Shown: positions 26,840 through 39,908, counted from the stretch's first letter. The stretch is 64,000 bases of DNA from Rhodosorus marinus CCMP1338 (GCA_029953675.1 JAMWBK010000004.1:248001-312000), one strand, 5' to 3'. Notes: generated by a model not told the origin, from the sequence alone. Numbers and translations: made by a program.

Positions 26840-27734
26840 ATTGTGAAGCATGAGGCTCGGCATACAAAATTGATAAAACAAAAAGGACAAAGTGCTACCG
26901 ACACCATCTTGATCGACAAGGAACATCCGGGCGGAGCCCTTCACATCCATCCTGGATGCCCACCTGAAAGCCTGCAACGAAGTTGGAACTAGTCTTGGTG
27001 ACGATGTCGACTCCAAAGCAATCCCAGCGTTCGTTATATCTCGCACTTAAAACCATAGCGGTCATCTTCACGAGAGGTTTTGAGTGTGCACATATCCACA
27101 TGCGAGCAAACAGTCCAGACGTCGTCCCTGTAGCTAGCGCGCCTTCAGCATGATCAACTTCTATTCTCAAGTCTTCTCGACGAGTTGCCTTTCTCGATAG
27201 GAACCGTTCATCGTCCTCCGTTCATCCAGCTGGGTTAGGTCGATCACGTTCGACCTCAAAGGCCGCAGACAAGCACCTGCCTCGCGCTGAACACGAAAAC
27301 CGTCGCTCTCCGAAGATCTTTCTCCGACCAATGTCGTCCTTCAGATCAACCCTTCACCGTGCTCTTGTACATTGATGGCGGAGGTCAGGGCATAACTTGT
27401 TTTTGAGAGCTTGATCAGCTACTTCTGTCTAAACCCGCCGAGAAGCCTCGACTGCCACGCTTTAGACCTCGCTAGTAAACCAACGCCGCAACACAATCTA
27501 CGCTTGGTCTCCGTCTTCATCGTGAATTTGGGATCCTTGGGGCTTGCCTCGTCAGTTTCGCTATTCTTCTTGTCGGGAGTTCGGTGTCGCTGACCTGTGT
27601 CGAGGTGGTACCAGCTTCTTCGGGAGGCTATATGTTAAGAGGGTGGTCAACAGCGTGTTCGAGGAGGAAGAGTGTTTTTTATTTGTTTGTGGAAAGGTGG
27701 CTTGGCGAGTGTGAAAACAAAAGAGCGAGAAAAA

Positions 27735-28695
27735 ATGACGAGGCATTCGAAGAATAGTACTGATGGAGCGGTGTTCACTTACCACGAGAAGAAAGAAGCT
27801 GGTTTTGGGTCCAAAAGTCAGCGGGTTGGTGCGGATTCTGTGAGGGAGTTTGACTGCTGCTGTCTCTCTCTGCAGCCATGTAGAGATCCCATGGTTGGTT
27901 GTTCTTTTTTAAGCCGAAGATCTGCTTGTTGATGATATTCTAAGGTCTTTGTCTGCTTCTGTTGCTGTGCTTTAGGTAAGTCCCGATGGATATTTGTTTG
28001 ACAAGGAGTACATATACGAAAACTTGTTGAAGCAGAAGAAGAAGATAAAGGCTCTCACTAAAGAATGGGAAGAGCAGGAAGCTCGGGTTGTGGCAGACAA
28101 TGAAGATGAGAGGGAAAAGCAACGTGAGCGCGACGTTGAAGAGTTTTCTCGCCTTGAGACAGGGCCATCTCGATCCAGTGTGAGGCAAGGCGAAGATGGG
28201 CCGCGAACAACTGGGGTGACTTCGCATGGAGTTGACGTGACGAACAAGCTCCAGTTCAATTTTTGGTTGCCGACAAACACACCCGACGCTGGCTCGCAGA
28301 AGATAAGGAAACCCGATACCAAGACGAAGAACCCAATTTCGAAGAAGCCTTTGCGAGTGAAAGAGCTTGTGGCGGTGAAGTTCACATCGGTTTCAAACAA
28401 GGCCAACAGAACCACAGAGGAGGAGAAGAAGTTTGGCAGATACATGTGCCCTGTTTGCTCGCGTACGTTAACGAATTCGGTTAAGTCGGGCGTCATTCGA
28501 ACCTCAGGGTCAGTGATATGCTCGGAGTGCATCGCCCGATTCGTTGAGAAGGAGAAGATTGACCCCATCAGTGGCAAGCCGCTGGACTTCAAGAAGGATA
28601 TCATATTCCTCAAATCGGGTGGAACCGCATTTGCGGCTAGCAAAGGAGATGAGAAGAAGGTCGCTGAGAAGTACATGCCAGCGATGCGCGTCTAA
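27735..28695 (+). CDS. NOSIP: NOSIP/CSU1-type RING/U-box protein, 1 intron
   Basis: MTRHSKNSTDGAVFTYHEKK...FDCCCLSLQPCRDP, LFDKEYIYENLLKQKK, FWLP, YMCPVCSRTLTNS, SGSVICSEC, IIFLKSGGTAFAA. Confidence 0.93.
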
Positions 28696-28764
28696 AGTCT
28701 GAAAACTCCTGAAGCCTAAAAGGCTTTTGCTGCGACCGGAGAGGATAGGCTCCCTATTCCAAGG

Positions 28765-29400
28765 TGATCCGTCAGATGTCAATGTGCGTTACGCGTCAGC
28801 CGGGAGACGTGACCCCCGTTTTTCGAGAAATCAAGTGCGTCGCGCGTCAGACTGGAGACGCAACAACCGTTTTACGAGGAATCAAACTTCGTCGAAATTC
28901 AGACGTGAAACGCGACTGTGATACATCAGCTGCGTCTTTGAGTCAGACTTGAGAAGCGGTTATGCTTTTTTGGGAGAAAATTCACAGATTCTTGCGCGTC
29001 GGACGTGGAGACGCAAACTTTGTTCCGGGGAGGCGGGGAGGAGGAGGCGTCTTACGTCAAAGACGGAGTCAGTCTTTTTCTTTTTCAGGAAACTTTGTTT
29101 TTGGCGGGTTGACCGGTACCTATCAATTAACCAGCAGAGTATTACGTCTGACGTACACTCCTCTCATCGAACGGTCGCCGGGTTTTTTTTTTGTTTTCAG
29201 AAGAAACGAAGTACATTGAAGTTTCCTGTCATGATGTGAGGCTCGTTTCGGTGTTTTCCGTCAGCAAGGACAAAAAGAATTGCGTAGAATTTGACAATTT
29301 TAACGTTATACGTCTGACGGTGGCAACGCATTTGACATGGAACGCGGTTTCGTTTCCTATGTCATGCGGCGTGACAGAAGACGCCCGCTTTCTAGCGGGT
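28765..29400. repeat. Degenerate ~50-bp unit array with GTCAGAC/CGCGTCAG core; left units forward, right units inverted
   Basis: ATGTCAATGTGCGTTACGCGTCAGCC (28776), ATCAAGTGCGTCGCGCGTCAGACTGGAGACGC (~28830), TTGCGCGTCGGACGTGGAGACGC (~28992); reverse-orientation CGTCTGAC at ~29144 and ~29312. Confidence 0.6.
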
Positions 29401-30408
29401 TCATGATTGGTCAACATCGCCTGTCCCGTCCGTGAAGTTGATAGATGACTTCTGGTTTGGCAATATAAAGACTTCTTGGAGAAAATTTGTTGTGGTTGGC
29501 TCGTCGAGGAGCTGCTCCTTCTGAGACTTTCTTCAGTTTGGTGTTTCGAGATTCGGTTGTGGGAGATTGCTCATGCTCGTGATGAAGCTGCTTCCTAGTA
29601 AACTTGATCCTCCTACATGCTTGCCGAACCAGTCTTTGTCTGATGCAAGGATTTCAATTAGCAAGGTGAAGAAACTTCTGGCATTAGAAGAAGAGCCGGA
29701 CAAAGGATGTGGCCCCTTTGACTCCGCCACAGGCGACTGGGAAGAAGGCGAACGACCGCAACTCACAGTGAGAAGTTCACATCGATGAGCGGCTATCGCC
29801 AGGCACAGAGTCACAGAACATCTTTCCTCATGGCTGAATATGGGAAAAAGAGGGCCAGAAAGACCGAGGATGACCTTTTGATGTCGCTGCTCGGAGCAGA
29901 GAATGAATCCGACGAGTCCGAACAAACTGGGTTCTGTCAGCAGGGCTGTTTTAGGCCTCTCACTTTGCATGATTCATGTATCATACAAGCTTTCGAGAGC
30001 TGTATGAATAAGAGCTAAAATCCATATCTACTCTGCCCTGGACCAAACCTTCTCGTCCTCTGCTCCTCATCAAAGGTTCTTCATACTGCCATCCTCCACC
30101 TGCCTCAAAAATCCACTCTTTGACGTTCACAATTTATCAAGCGAGAACCAATCTCTCCACCGTCAGCCACGTGCATCTTGGAGCACACATTGGCAGTAGT
30201 AATTCACCACTCAAACTTCACAGGGAGCGGCCAGTCTTGTATGTGCAGCTGAAATGCACCAAGTCGGAGTTTGATTGGGAAAAGGACAACACCTTGTAGA
30301 ATGCAGAGGAACTTGCTGTTTGCAAGTAGCCTTATCAGAAGAGCAGGAACACGAACCGGTGGAGATTGTAGTCTTAGTGTCCATAGACCTTCGAGGCGTT
30401 TCGTTGCG

Positions 30409-31650
30409 ATGGGAACTCACGCAGGTAAAGGCGGATCGTGCTTTTACTCCGAGGATTGTTGGCGATCATCTAAATGGATCCTCTTCGATTTTGCTTCCTT
30501 GAACAGCCGGCTTATCTATTCTTGTACTTGGCGAGAAGAATGACACGAGCTTGGAGCCATTGAAGCAGTTGCCAAACGGAGCAAGCATTATAGCGGTTGA
30601 GAACAACCCGGATTCCATTGAGGACAGCGTCCTTGAGCGAGCGACATGCGTTTACGCATCCTGTAAGGGGAAAGCGGGTGCCAACCTGCCCAAGATATAC
30701 TCAAAGATGCCCAACCTTAGCTGGGTCCACTCGCAGACCGCGGGAGTGGATACGATTGTGTTCCCGGAGTTCGCAAACGACGAGAAGGTGACCCTTACGA
30801 ATGCGAAGAGCGTCTACAACAAATCGCTCGTGGAGTACGTGATATTCGCGATGATGTACTTTGCAAAGGATTGCCAACGGCTTTTGAGAAACCAGAGGAG
30901 CCGTACATGGGACCCCTTTTTCATAGAGATGATCCGGCACAAGACCTTAGGTGCTATAGAAAGATCAAGAACCCTTCCTGCCCTGGTAACACGAAGCTGA
31001 CCATCCAAGCCTGTTTTGGTCACTACACAGGTGTCGTTGGTTACGGTGACATAGGCCGAGATTGCGCGAGAACGGCAAAACAGGCTTTCAACATGAAGAT
31101 TGTCGCCCTACGGCGACGTCCTTCGCTCTCAGCTGGTGATGGGATTGCAGATGAGGTTTATGGATCTGATCAGCTGCACGAGATGTTGGGCAAGTGCGAT
31201 TACGTTCTCTGCGCAGCGCCGCTGACGCCGGCAACAATGCATTTCTTCAACGCGGACGCCTTCAAGGCAATGAAGAAAAGCACTGTCTTCCTCAACATTG
31301 GAAGAGGTACGTCTCGTACTTGATTTATTCGAAACTTCCAAATGTGCTGAGCACTGCGCAACTCGTCTGCGTCAAATTTCATAGGGCCTGTCTGTCAAGA
31401 AACCGCGCTAGTGGATGCATTGGCAAGCGGAGCGATAAGAGGAGCCGCGTTGGACGTTTTTGAGGAAGAACCTTTGTCCAAAGAAAGCAAACTGTGGGAA
31501 CAGGAGAATCTTCTGCTCTCACCTCATAACGCCGACCTCACTGAGCTTTGTCGAGTGGAAGCCACAGAGCACTTCCTGGAGCTCATCCAGAAGTCGGTTG
31601 CTGGGGAGCCACTAGGGGACGTCATAGTTGACAAGAAGGCAGGGTACTAG
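30409..31650 (+). CDS. D-isomer-specific 2-hydroxyacid dehydrogenase (NAD(P)-binding), 3 introns
   Basis: WVHSQTAGVD, LTNAKSVY, GVVGYGDIG (Rossmann), FLNIGRG, GAALDVFEEEPL, LLSPHNAD. Start from micro-exon MGTHA at 30409 is inferred. Confidence 0.9.
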
Positions 31651-32042
31651 GAGAACTGCGAAAGGTAGCACATCTCGAGTGACTCCGATGGACGGCGTCC
31701 TGTAGTTGAATCTTGTTCAATACCGACGATATGGTTGCAAAGAGGTGTACACGCACGCTTCGTTCCCACCTCAAGAGGGAAATTCCGAGACGACCTTAGG
31801 CGACCCCATAGAATGGGCATTGAACTGACCCGTCCGGATTCTGGGGTGATCTGACAGTAAGCATCCCGGTGCTCTCCGCGTTCGCCTGCCCCCGGAGATC
31901 TCGTCGTCCAGTGTGAGGTCGAGTTGAACAATTTCTTTTGCTGCCTGGAAACCACTCCCCAAGGAGAACTTGTTGTTTAGCAAGCCTGTCCGATCCTGTT
32001 GCTACATTTTAAACCTAGATTCTTTACCCTCTGTCAATCCGC

Positions 32043-32828
32043 CTAGCACTTCCAACGGTTGTTACAGACCATACAAGTGACAAACGAAGTGAGAGGTTCA
32101 TCTGCAGACCTAGTCTGTAGAGCCGTAAGAAGAAACCCCCAACGCTGAGAACAGCTGGACAAGACAAGACCGAACCAAATTTTTACCACTTCTTCTACGT
32201 ACCTGGAGCTGATAATAAGTGCACTTTCTCTGCTTGCATTTTCCGCATTTGAACAGGTCTGTCGTGGCTGCATGCTTGTTCGGATTGTACAGCTGGGCTT
32301 CCCTCATGTTGTTCTTTTCTATCTTGGTGTTCGACTCCCTTCTCTCCGGGTTTGCAAGCTCCTGGGATGACATTTTAATAAGCCTCTCAGGGCCCACCGC
32401 ACCGCTTACTACCAGCGATCGAAGTCGCTCGTTTTTTTCGTCCTTCAAATTAAAATTAACCGTCCGAAACTTATCCTTGTAGGCCTGGTTCGTTCCGTGG
32501 AACACGGTGTACATTTCTAGCTCTACCTTTATGGCTATTTCCATTGCCTTCTCGAGTGATTCCAGATGCCCCTCGGACTCTTTATACAGCGCATTCGCCA
32601 GCATCTCCTTTACCCGTTTCCGCACTGGATCATCCTTTGTTCGGCCAAGCGCACCTGAAGAACAAAAGCGCACATGTCAGCCGCAACAAATCTTCGTTCG
32701 AACGAAATGTTCATATTTGCCCGACGGTAGTGCTCACCAGGAGAAACAGGTTGCTTTCCGATCGGCTTGGACGTCCCAAGTTTGGGACTCTTTCCAACGC
32801 TTTTCTTCCGGGTCAATGGCGAAGACAT
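32043..32828 (-). CDS. TCEA: Transcription elongation factor TFIIS (central domain + Zn ribbon)
   Basis: YKDKFRTVNFNLKDEKN, KMSSQELA, TDLFKCGKCKQRKCTYYQLQ|TRSADEPLTSFVTCMVCNNRWKC*. 5' end uncertain. Confidence 0.92.
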
Positions 32829-33852
32829 CTTCTCCAATTCTCTAGGAAAAATGGGGTTGGAACACAGTTCTCGAACATCTAACTCTATAGCAATAAGAAG
32901 TCTAAACCTAAATCACCTATAACCTCCATCAATCCCCTTCCCGTCCCTTCCAACCCCTCCCCACATGTGCCATCCCATCCATTCCCAATCGTTGACACAA
33001 AATATCGGCTCGTACTCTTTCATTCCAATTTACAAAGCGTCACAAATCATCACATGACGGAGTACGACGGTAAAAAATATCCAAACTATATACCCCCTTA
33101 TGCAGTCAGGTATCCTACCATAATGATGCGAAAAATATTATTTTAATTGAACAAATAATAAATATATCTAGTTTTATGTACCCCCTCGATAGCACCTTAA
33201 ATACGAGCTATAAAACGAAGAGAAGCTTTCTAATGACCCCCTTGCCTTTTTCTGGATGATTCGGCTTTCTCCGAAAAAAGAAGTAAAATAAGCTAAGTAT
33301 CGGTAAGCCGGGGGATAGGAAGAATGAACAGTTTGTGGATAAACCCGATGAGGGTTTTTTTATTATAAAAAGTTAATTGATCATAAAGTGACAAGGTTTT
33401 ATTCAGTTAGATAGTGGGTTGCTTCAACCACGGAGTACAGGGATGCCCTTACCCGTGAATCCGTCGACAGTCTGAGCATTATGAAGATGTTTGTCATAGT
33501 ATTACATCATCAGCAATACGATCAGATCATAAGCTGGTTGCTAGGATTGTCGCCTGGTTTCGCCCTGAATCGCCGGCGGCGGGTACACCGCGAGTGTCGC
33601 TAGAAAAGGCGGTCGTCAAGAATGGCCCCACGTGCTTATCAACAACAACAAGCAATTGTGGTTGATAGCTCTTATCCGAGGCTCCCGCAACTCTCAAGAT
33701 GCGCAGTTTGCCAACTACGGTAATCTATGACCAATCGCGCGTGATAAGCACGAAGAGGCGTTGTTTGTCGTGCACTCTCCTCCGCGCCATAAAAAAATCC
33801 CCATTGACTTGCTCTTTGTGAATACGAGCGTAGGCAATTGATTTTTCAACCA

Positions 33853-35340
33853 TCACGTCTTTTTACCCGGCGAAAAGGGTGAATTTAGGAGCATGCTCCT
33901 ATACAAGTCCCTCTGAGCGACTATCGCTGTGACCAGTTCCTCCTGCCGCACCTGTGCGGCCTTGACTGCGGAGGACGATGGTGTCCTTGGCGTTGTCTGC
34001 GGAGGAGGGTCGGTGTTCGACGGTGTTGTTGAAATCGCCACGTTTCCCCTGTCCGCTGCGAACAGCAAGCGCCGCTCCAGGTCGTTGTTGCGGCGCCTCA
34101 TTTCCAGGGCTTTCTGTTCAGTTTTCTCCGCGGCCACTCTGCAAGCGTTCGCCTCAACAATCGCCGCTTCACGTTCCCTCTTAACCTGCTCCAGTTCGAC
34201 TCGTAGTGACGCCTCGGTCTCGATCGCACGTACGTACTCAGCAGCCTGTGATTCCAATTCATGAGCTCTCCCTTGCAGCTCCCGTTCTATGACTAGGAGC
34301 ACCTTTTCCGGAGGGACAATGCTTGGCGGTTCGTCCTCGCCCGTTTCAGCAGACTTGCGTTTTCTCCCATGTCCTCCAGAGTCAATCTCCATATAGGGGT
34401 CCTCATTCTTTACAATTTCTGCTCTCAATGCTTCCATAGCTGATGCCATTTCCCTAAGGCGTTCCTCGGCATCGTCCAGAGCCTCTGCTCGCAGCCTTGA
34501 GATCTCGCGAAGCTGAGCAACCTCCTTGGTCCACCTGTCAGCGTTTACCTCCTTTTCGTTCTTCATCGTAGACACCTCACGCTTGAGCGCCTCGCTCCTT
34601 TTCTGCATTTCCTCAAGGTTGGCATCTTTCTCCTGGATTTCTTGACGAAGGAAGCCGACCTTCCTATCGAGCACCCCGACCCGAGCTTTCGAATCCGCTT
34701 CAGTTTGATTTGCTTCAGTTTCAAGGGTGGCCATCCGCGTCTTTAGTTGAGAGTTCTCAGCTCGAGCGGACATCAGCTCATTTTTTAGCTTTGACGATGA
34801 TTCGGCAGCTAAAATTTCCAGCCGTTTCGCCTGGAAGCTCGCCGATGTTGCAGTTGCAAAGTTTTCCTCTGCAGCTATTCTGCACTCGTCAATTTGAGAG
34901 ATTCTCTCGCTGAGACGACTAATCGTCGCTTCCGCCTTACTCAAAGCTTCCAGTGCTCTTATTTTCGCTTCTGAAGAGTCCCTTCGCTCCCTCTCTGAAA
35001 CTTCCAATCGCGCTTGAACAGCTGAGTACTTCTCGTCCATTTCCTGAAGCTTTGTTTTATACCCTTCGACCTTCTCTACATTATCCAAACTACTTGATTC
35101 CCGGTCAAAAATCTCGCTCTCCAGCTGGTCGCACTGTTTCTCCAACCTCTCGCATTCGCTCAACGCATGGATCAGCCTCTTCTCAAGCTTCCCCGCCGCT
35201 CTCTCCTTCTGCATCAGATCGAGTTCGTACTTCGCCTTCGCTTCAACGAGAAGTGTTTCTATTTCCTCGAATCCATCGCCTATTATCGACTGAACTCCAT
35301 CGGAAATCTCCTTCGTCAGTTTCTGATCCGAAGCCGCCAT
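33853..35340 (-). CDS. 495-aa coiled-coil protein resembling the N-terminal third of TPR/NUA/Mlp1
   Basis: Intronless heptad-rich ORF; C-terminal ELVTAIVAQRDLYRSML resembles the TPR/NUA motif (LV.SIVRQRDMYR.LL); NLS-like GRKRKS. Confidence 0.6.
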   Translation of the reverse strand: MAASDQKLTKEISDGVQSIIGDGFEEIETLLVEAKAKYELDLMQKERAAGKLEKRLIHALSECERLEKQCDQLESEIFDRESSSLDNVEKVEGYKTKLQEMDEKYSAVQARLEVSERERRDSSEAKIRALEALSKAEATISRLSERISQIDECRIAAEENFATATSASFQAKRLEILAAESSSKLKNELMSARAENSQLKTRMATLETEANQTEADSKARVGVLDRKVGFLRQEIQEKDANLEEMQKRSEALKREVSTMKNEKEVNADRWTKEVAQLREISRLRAEALDDAEERLREMASAMEALRAEIVKNEDPYMEIDSGGHGRKRKSAETGEDEPPSIVPPEKVLLVIERELQGRAHELESQAAEYVRAIETEASLRVELEQVKREREAAIVEANACRVAAEKTEQKALEMRRRNNDLERRLLFAADRGNVAISTTPSNTDPPPQTTPRTPSSSAVKAAQVRQEELVTAIVAQRDLYRSMLLNSPFSPGKKT

Positions 35341-36355
35341 CCTTTAGTAGAAAGCCTTAAGCAAAACGAAAGCTCTTCTCTCTTGCCGAAGTCTTCGAAT
35401 CCGGAGTACGGATCGGCTTTCTCTCTTTCGGTTACAATAACGATCTTCCCTTGAGAGATAAAAACGAATAACCGTTAAGATTCTCCCTCTCAAACAGCCT
35501 CTTCGCCAACCTTCACTCAACAAAACTACAGACCAACCAGCGAAAAACAGAAGCTCCCAGAAAACTCAAAAAACACTAAGCAAACTAGCATCTGAAAAAA
35601 AACAATCGGATACTTCCAATCCGCAGAAATTCTGGCTAGCAACAAAAGATTTCATATAGGACCTCTAAGAGATCCAGAACATAGGAAATACCAACCCCAA
35701 CTGTGAAAGTTCCTCCTTCCCCGCAGCCCTCCCGCCCAGCAACTCACAAAAGGCTCCTCCCACCTTTTCCTCAAAAGCCTGCCAGAAAACCCTCTCCATT
35801 TCCCATACGTTTCAAAAACTTGCTTACAGTAATAACCCCTCTGAGTATATTAATTGGATATAATAAAATTTTCTAGCTATTATATTGGACAATATAATAT
35901 TTACTAACCAATGATATTATGTAAAAATAGTAATAAGATTTTAAGCTTATATATTGGTTATAATCTTTACCAGTTGACGAATTGGTGTTCTTCTGGTTCT
36001 CGGAAGAGGGCTTGATATTGAAATAGATGTGGAAGAGTAGAATTTATTGGGTTAATATTGACTTATGAACGTACTATAACCCAATTAAAAATGCTCTTTG
36101 GTCGAATTTACTATATATAGTTTGGATTGGCTTAAACGAGTTTTCTATTCTTGTTTAGGAGTGAGGTTTGACCAATTGACAAGTGTTATTTGTTTTTTAT
36201 AAGTGGAAATGATTGGTTTTATTGGGATTTTTTAATGAAAGAGACAGGAGTTTCGGGGTGGATCAGGATGTAAGAGGGAGCGCGCTGAAGGCCTTGAGAA
36301 GTTTTCGTAAACGAGAGCCAAGCGAAGAGTTTCTTTGTAATTTTTCGTTTTTGGT

Positions 36356-36836
36356 TTAGTAGTTTTCGTTCAGCAGAATAAGTTCGACGTGATTGTGTTG
36401 TCCCTGCCAAAGCATTTCTCCCTCAAAGTCAATCACACCCCTCTGATCAGTAGCAAGGTTTTCACATAAACAAACAGAGAGCGAAGCAGATTTTTGCGTT
36501 AGGCTGACCAGTTCGACATGCAAAGTATCACCAAACCTCTCCAATACAGTACATTATGAGGTAGGAGGACTTTTTTTCGTACCTTCTTTGCAGCTCTAAG
36601 AGTTGCGAAGGGATTTTCAAGAGTGTTTTGTACGTCATCACAGTTGAAGTAATCGCCAAAAGTCAACCTGTTCTCGAGAACACCAAAGAAGTGCCGAAAA
36701 GATTGCTCAGCGATTGCATTCACACCATTTCCGCTTTCGAAACCAAAAACACCTACACATATTGACCTTTGGCGTTCGGCTTCCCGAGCTCCTTGATGAA
36801 CCCCACAACCTCACGAACCTCCTTCTCAACGTTCAT
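36356..36836 (-). CDS. ABRACL: Costars/ABRACL family protein (3 exons; missed by ORF track)
   Basis: Spliced MNVEKEVREVVGFIKELGKPNAKGQY-V-TFGDYFNCDDVQNTLENPFATLRAAKK-RGVIDFEGEMLWQGQHNHVELILLNENY* aligns with Costars MNVDHEV...VKFGVLF...GTLKAAKRR.IV.Y.GELLLQG.HD.V.I.LL. Confidence 0.9.
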
Positions 36837-38294
36837 CTTTTACGTTCCCTCAGAAAGCCCAGAGGTGGATGCCTTCAGTAGACCCCTTTTCCAACACCTT
36901 CAAGAGACAAAGTCACTCCTAAGACACTTCCAAGCTTGTAGGCCTCTCCACCTATACCGAACCCTGTCCCTATCCTTTTAAATCGATGCTCTCTTGACCA
37001 TTTATTGAACTTTGGGAAGAGCCACATCATACTACAATATACGATCACATACAATTTATACTTTATAAATATTGAAATTAATTTCTTTCTTGGATTGCTT
37101 AGGATTGTTTTTAGTGTAGAGATAACCGATGTGGATTTGCTCACCGCCCCGGTAAGGCGGTGAGTTCTTCCCCTTTGAGCGCTGATGTTCTGGGAGCCTT
37201 GTTAGAAGAAGGACATCCAGTTCAGCAGGTGCGACTGGAGATTCCGTCCTCCACCCGTTGTTGCAGGTGATGCTTCTTTGGCTTCCCGGAACGGTTCATG
37301 CGATGGACCCACGCTACCATGTGGTTTTCCTTTGAGGAGCGCGATGCAGTTGTTCCTCCACGTCAACGGATAACAAGAAGCAATATTTAAGCAGTACGAG
37401 ATATCCTGAAACCGATCCTAGGGGATAAACGTCGACTCCGCGCATCCAGAATCTATCGTCATCCACGATCCGTCAGTCCGTCGCGTCTTTTGTCACAAGT
37501 CGCTTTCTTCTGTGGGGGGAGGGGACGGAGGGGTTAGCAACCCTTTTCACTTTGTTCAGGCAACGAATTGTCGTGTCCAAGTCCTCTCCAACCCTCGACC
37601 AGTCCCCCAAACCACCACCGAACATGTCCCACCAGCGAACATGTCCCATTCCCAAAAAACCCAAATCCATTTCCGCACAACAAACTCCGTCCTCCGTCCC
37701 ATCCAATAATTTTCCAAAACAATTCACAATCCCGAATGTAGGGTCCCCAGCATTTTGCCTTTTAGCCAATTAAAACTCAACTATACAGTTAATATCCAAT
37801 CACCAATGGAAACTATTTTCTCTTTCCAATCAATCATTGCCACGCGTTCTTAAGTTTCTACCAGTTAATAACTAGCACCTGTCCAAGACCATGCATTTAT
37901 CCAATCATTTTGTTCTGCTCCATAAAGTATCAATCTATTATCGAGTTGTAAATTGACACGTGTCATAGGGTTTTTTGGAGCATTGCATTTTGGGGTTGTT
38001 TTTTTGGGAACGAGTTTTAGGGCTGGGCGGGGATGCCGTGCTCTGGAATCGGAATGGATTGGGGTTTCGTGGATTTGTAAGTTTGTTGGTTGGGGTGAAG
38101 GGAGCCTGGGTATTTTCGTGAGAGAGCTAGAGTTGAGGAGCAGGTTGGATGATAGACGGATTTGAAGATCTTGGATGATCTGTTCTGTTTAAGATCTAGA
38201 TTTCTTTTCTTCTCGAGGTTTTTGTTTTGGAGGGGGGAAGTCGAGGCAGGTTTTTTTTTTTTGTTGTTGTTGGGGAGTTTGAAAGAGCCACGCG

Positions 38295-39443
38295 ATGGCT
38301 GGAGTGATCGAGGATCAGCCGTTTACGCTTGAGAAGCCGAGGTATGACCTCTCGGCGTACAGTGGAAGGGTGAAGCAGATGTATCAACAGACGAACCCCA
38401 AATATCTGTTTGTGAGCAAGGGGAGAGCTGATGAGGCTAAGAAACTGCTTGACGACTACGCTGAGGGAACGGCTCCGGCGGGGACTACAGATGCCGAGTT
38501 GTGGGAGGCTCGGGCCATCAGGGAGGCAGTATTCCATCCGGAAACGGGAGAGCAGATTTTCCCGCTGTTTAGGTTCTGCGCCTTCTCACCGTCCAACGTT
38601 GTGATCGCGACAACCATGCTTAATCCCACGGTTATCGCCTCGCCCATTCTCACCCTGGGTGTTCATTGGGCGAATCAGTCCTACAATGCGGCTATCAACT
38701 ATGCAAACAGAAATGCTTCGAATCCGATTTCTACCGAGACGCTTGCCAAGGCGTACACTGGAGCTGTACTAAGCTCGTGCACCATCGCGCTTGGCGCAAC
38801 TTACCTCACCAAGAAGGCTGCGAACTTGAGTAAGTCCATTGCCTTGCTCTTAATGTCACCCGCTGGCTGTTCTATCTCTGAGCTTCTACGATCATGATCG
38901 GAATAGGTGCCGCGGTCAAGACGTTAATCAGATCAACGCTTCCGTTTGCGGCGGTGGCGGCTGCTGGCTTTGCTAATGTGTCCCTGATTCGTGGCGTCGA
39001 GATCACAGATGGTGTTGACTTGATAGACGATGAAGGAGTCATTCGCGGAAGAAGTCCTGCAGCAGGGAAGCTAGGAATAACAGAATGCGGACTGGCAAGA
39101 GTTCTCTGGAACATCCCCATCATGGTTTTCCCACCAGTCATCATGTCTCAGTTGGAAAAGGTACGAGCCTCGGACGTAAGGAAGACTATGACTGCAATTC
39201 TCTCACTGGTTCTCTTCCTTCCCTGAATAGATTAGGAGAGTTCGAACTGGTAGCCCAGGTTTGAAGATGTGTCTTGAGATTGGGGTGATAGCTGGTTGTT
39301 TGTTCACAGGAGTGCCTCCAGCTCTGGCGGCTTTCCCCCAAGTCGAAACTATTGAGGCTGCCAAGGTTGAACCAGAATTCCAGAACCTGAGAAACTCAAA
39401 AGGAAATATTATTACTCAGTTTACCTTCAACAAAGGGTTGTAA
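38295..39443 (+). CDS. SFXN: Sideroflexin (mitochondrial tricarboxylate/serine carrier), 2 introns
   Basis: PRYDLSAYSGRVK, HPETGEQIF, HWANQSYNAAINYANRN, LPFAAVAAAGFANVSLIR, PPALAAFPQ, FTFNKGL*. Confidence 0.93.
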
Positions 39444-39689
39444 AGAACAAGCTTGTATTTCACTGGAATGTCAGATGACATGGACATGGCGCAACTATGG
39501 TATTTAGTTAAAAAAAACACAAGCACAACAAAGTGCTTCTGAGGAGAGGCCGGGTGATGTCTAGCTATGTGCAGAACAGACGCAAGGCGACTCAGTACAC
39601 AAGGCGTGGAATCTATACATTATGGTTACCGCAATTTCGTCACCTGTTTCCGCTCGATGGGCAGATAACTAGCTACCGTTTCTAGCCTA

Positions 39690-39908
39690 CTAGTCATCCT
39701 CGCTAACTGCCCTCGAAGCTTTGAGTGCCTCCCAGAGCGAAGACGAAGATACTCCGGAGCTCCTTTGGGTGGATCCCGAGGAAGACCGCAAATCATCCGC
39801 AGACGCGACAGACAAAGCGGCTTCAGATGCCTCACTACCGGAGAGGTTACTCGCCCTGCGCGAACTCCCGCTTTCTGGCTTCTCGCCCTCGGTCTTGTCC
39901 TTCTTCTT

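Noticed and set aside
29530-30020. Abutting 73- and 77-aa ORFs that look operon-like (ATGA overlap)
   Set aside because: Eukaryotic context and no recognisable domain; likely decayed sequence.
36875-37770. ORFs and a 9-bp hairpin (CTCACCGCC/GGCGGTGAG, 37140-37164) upstream of Costars
   Set aside because: No splice combination I tried gave an open frame; an isolated GC stem of this size is expected by chance.
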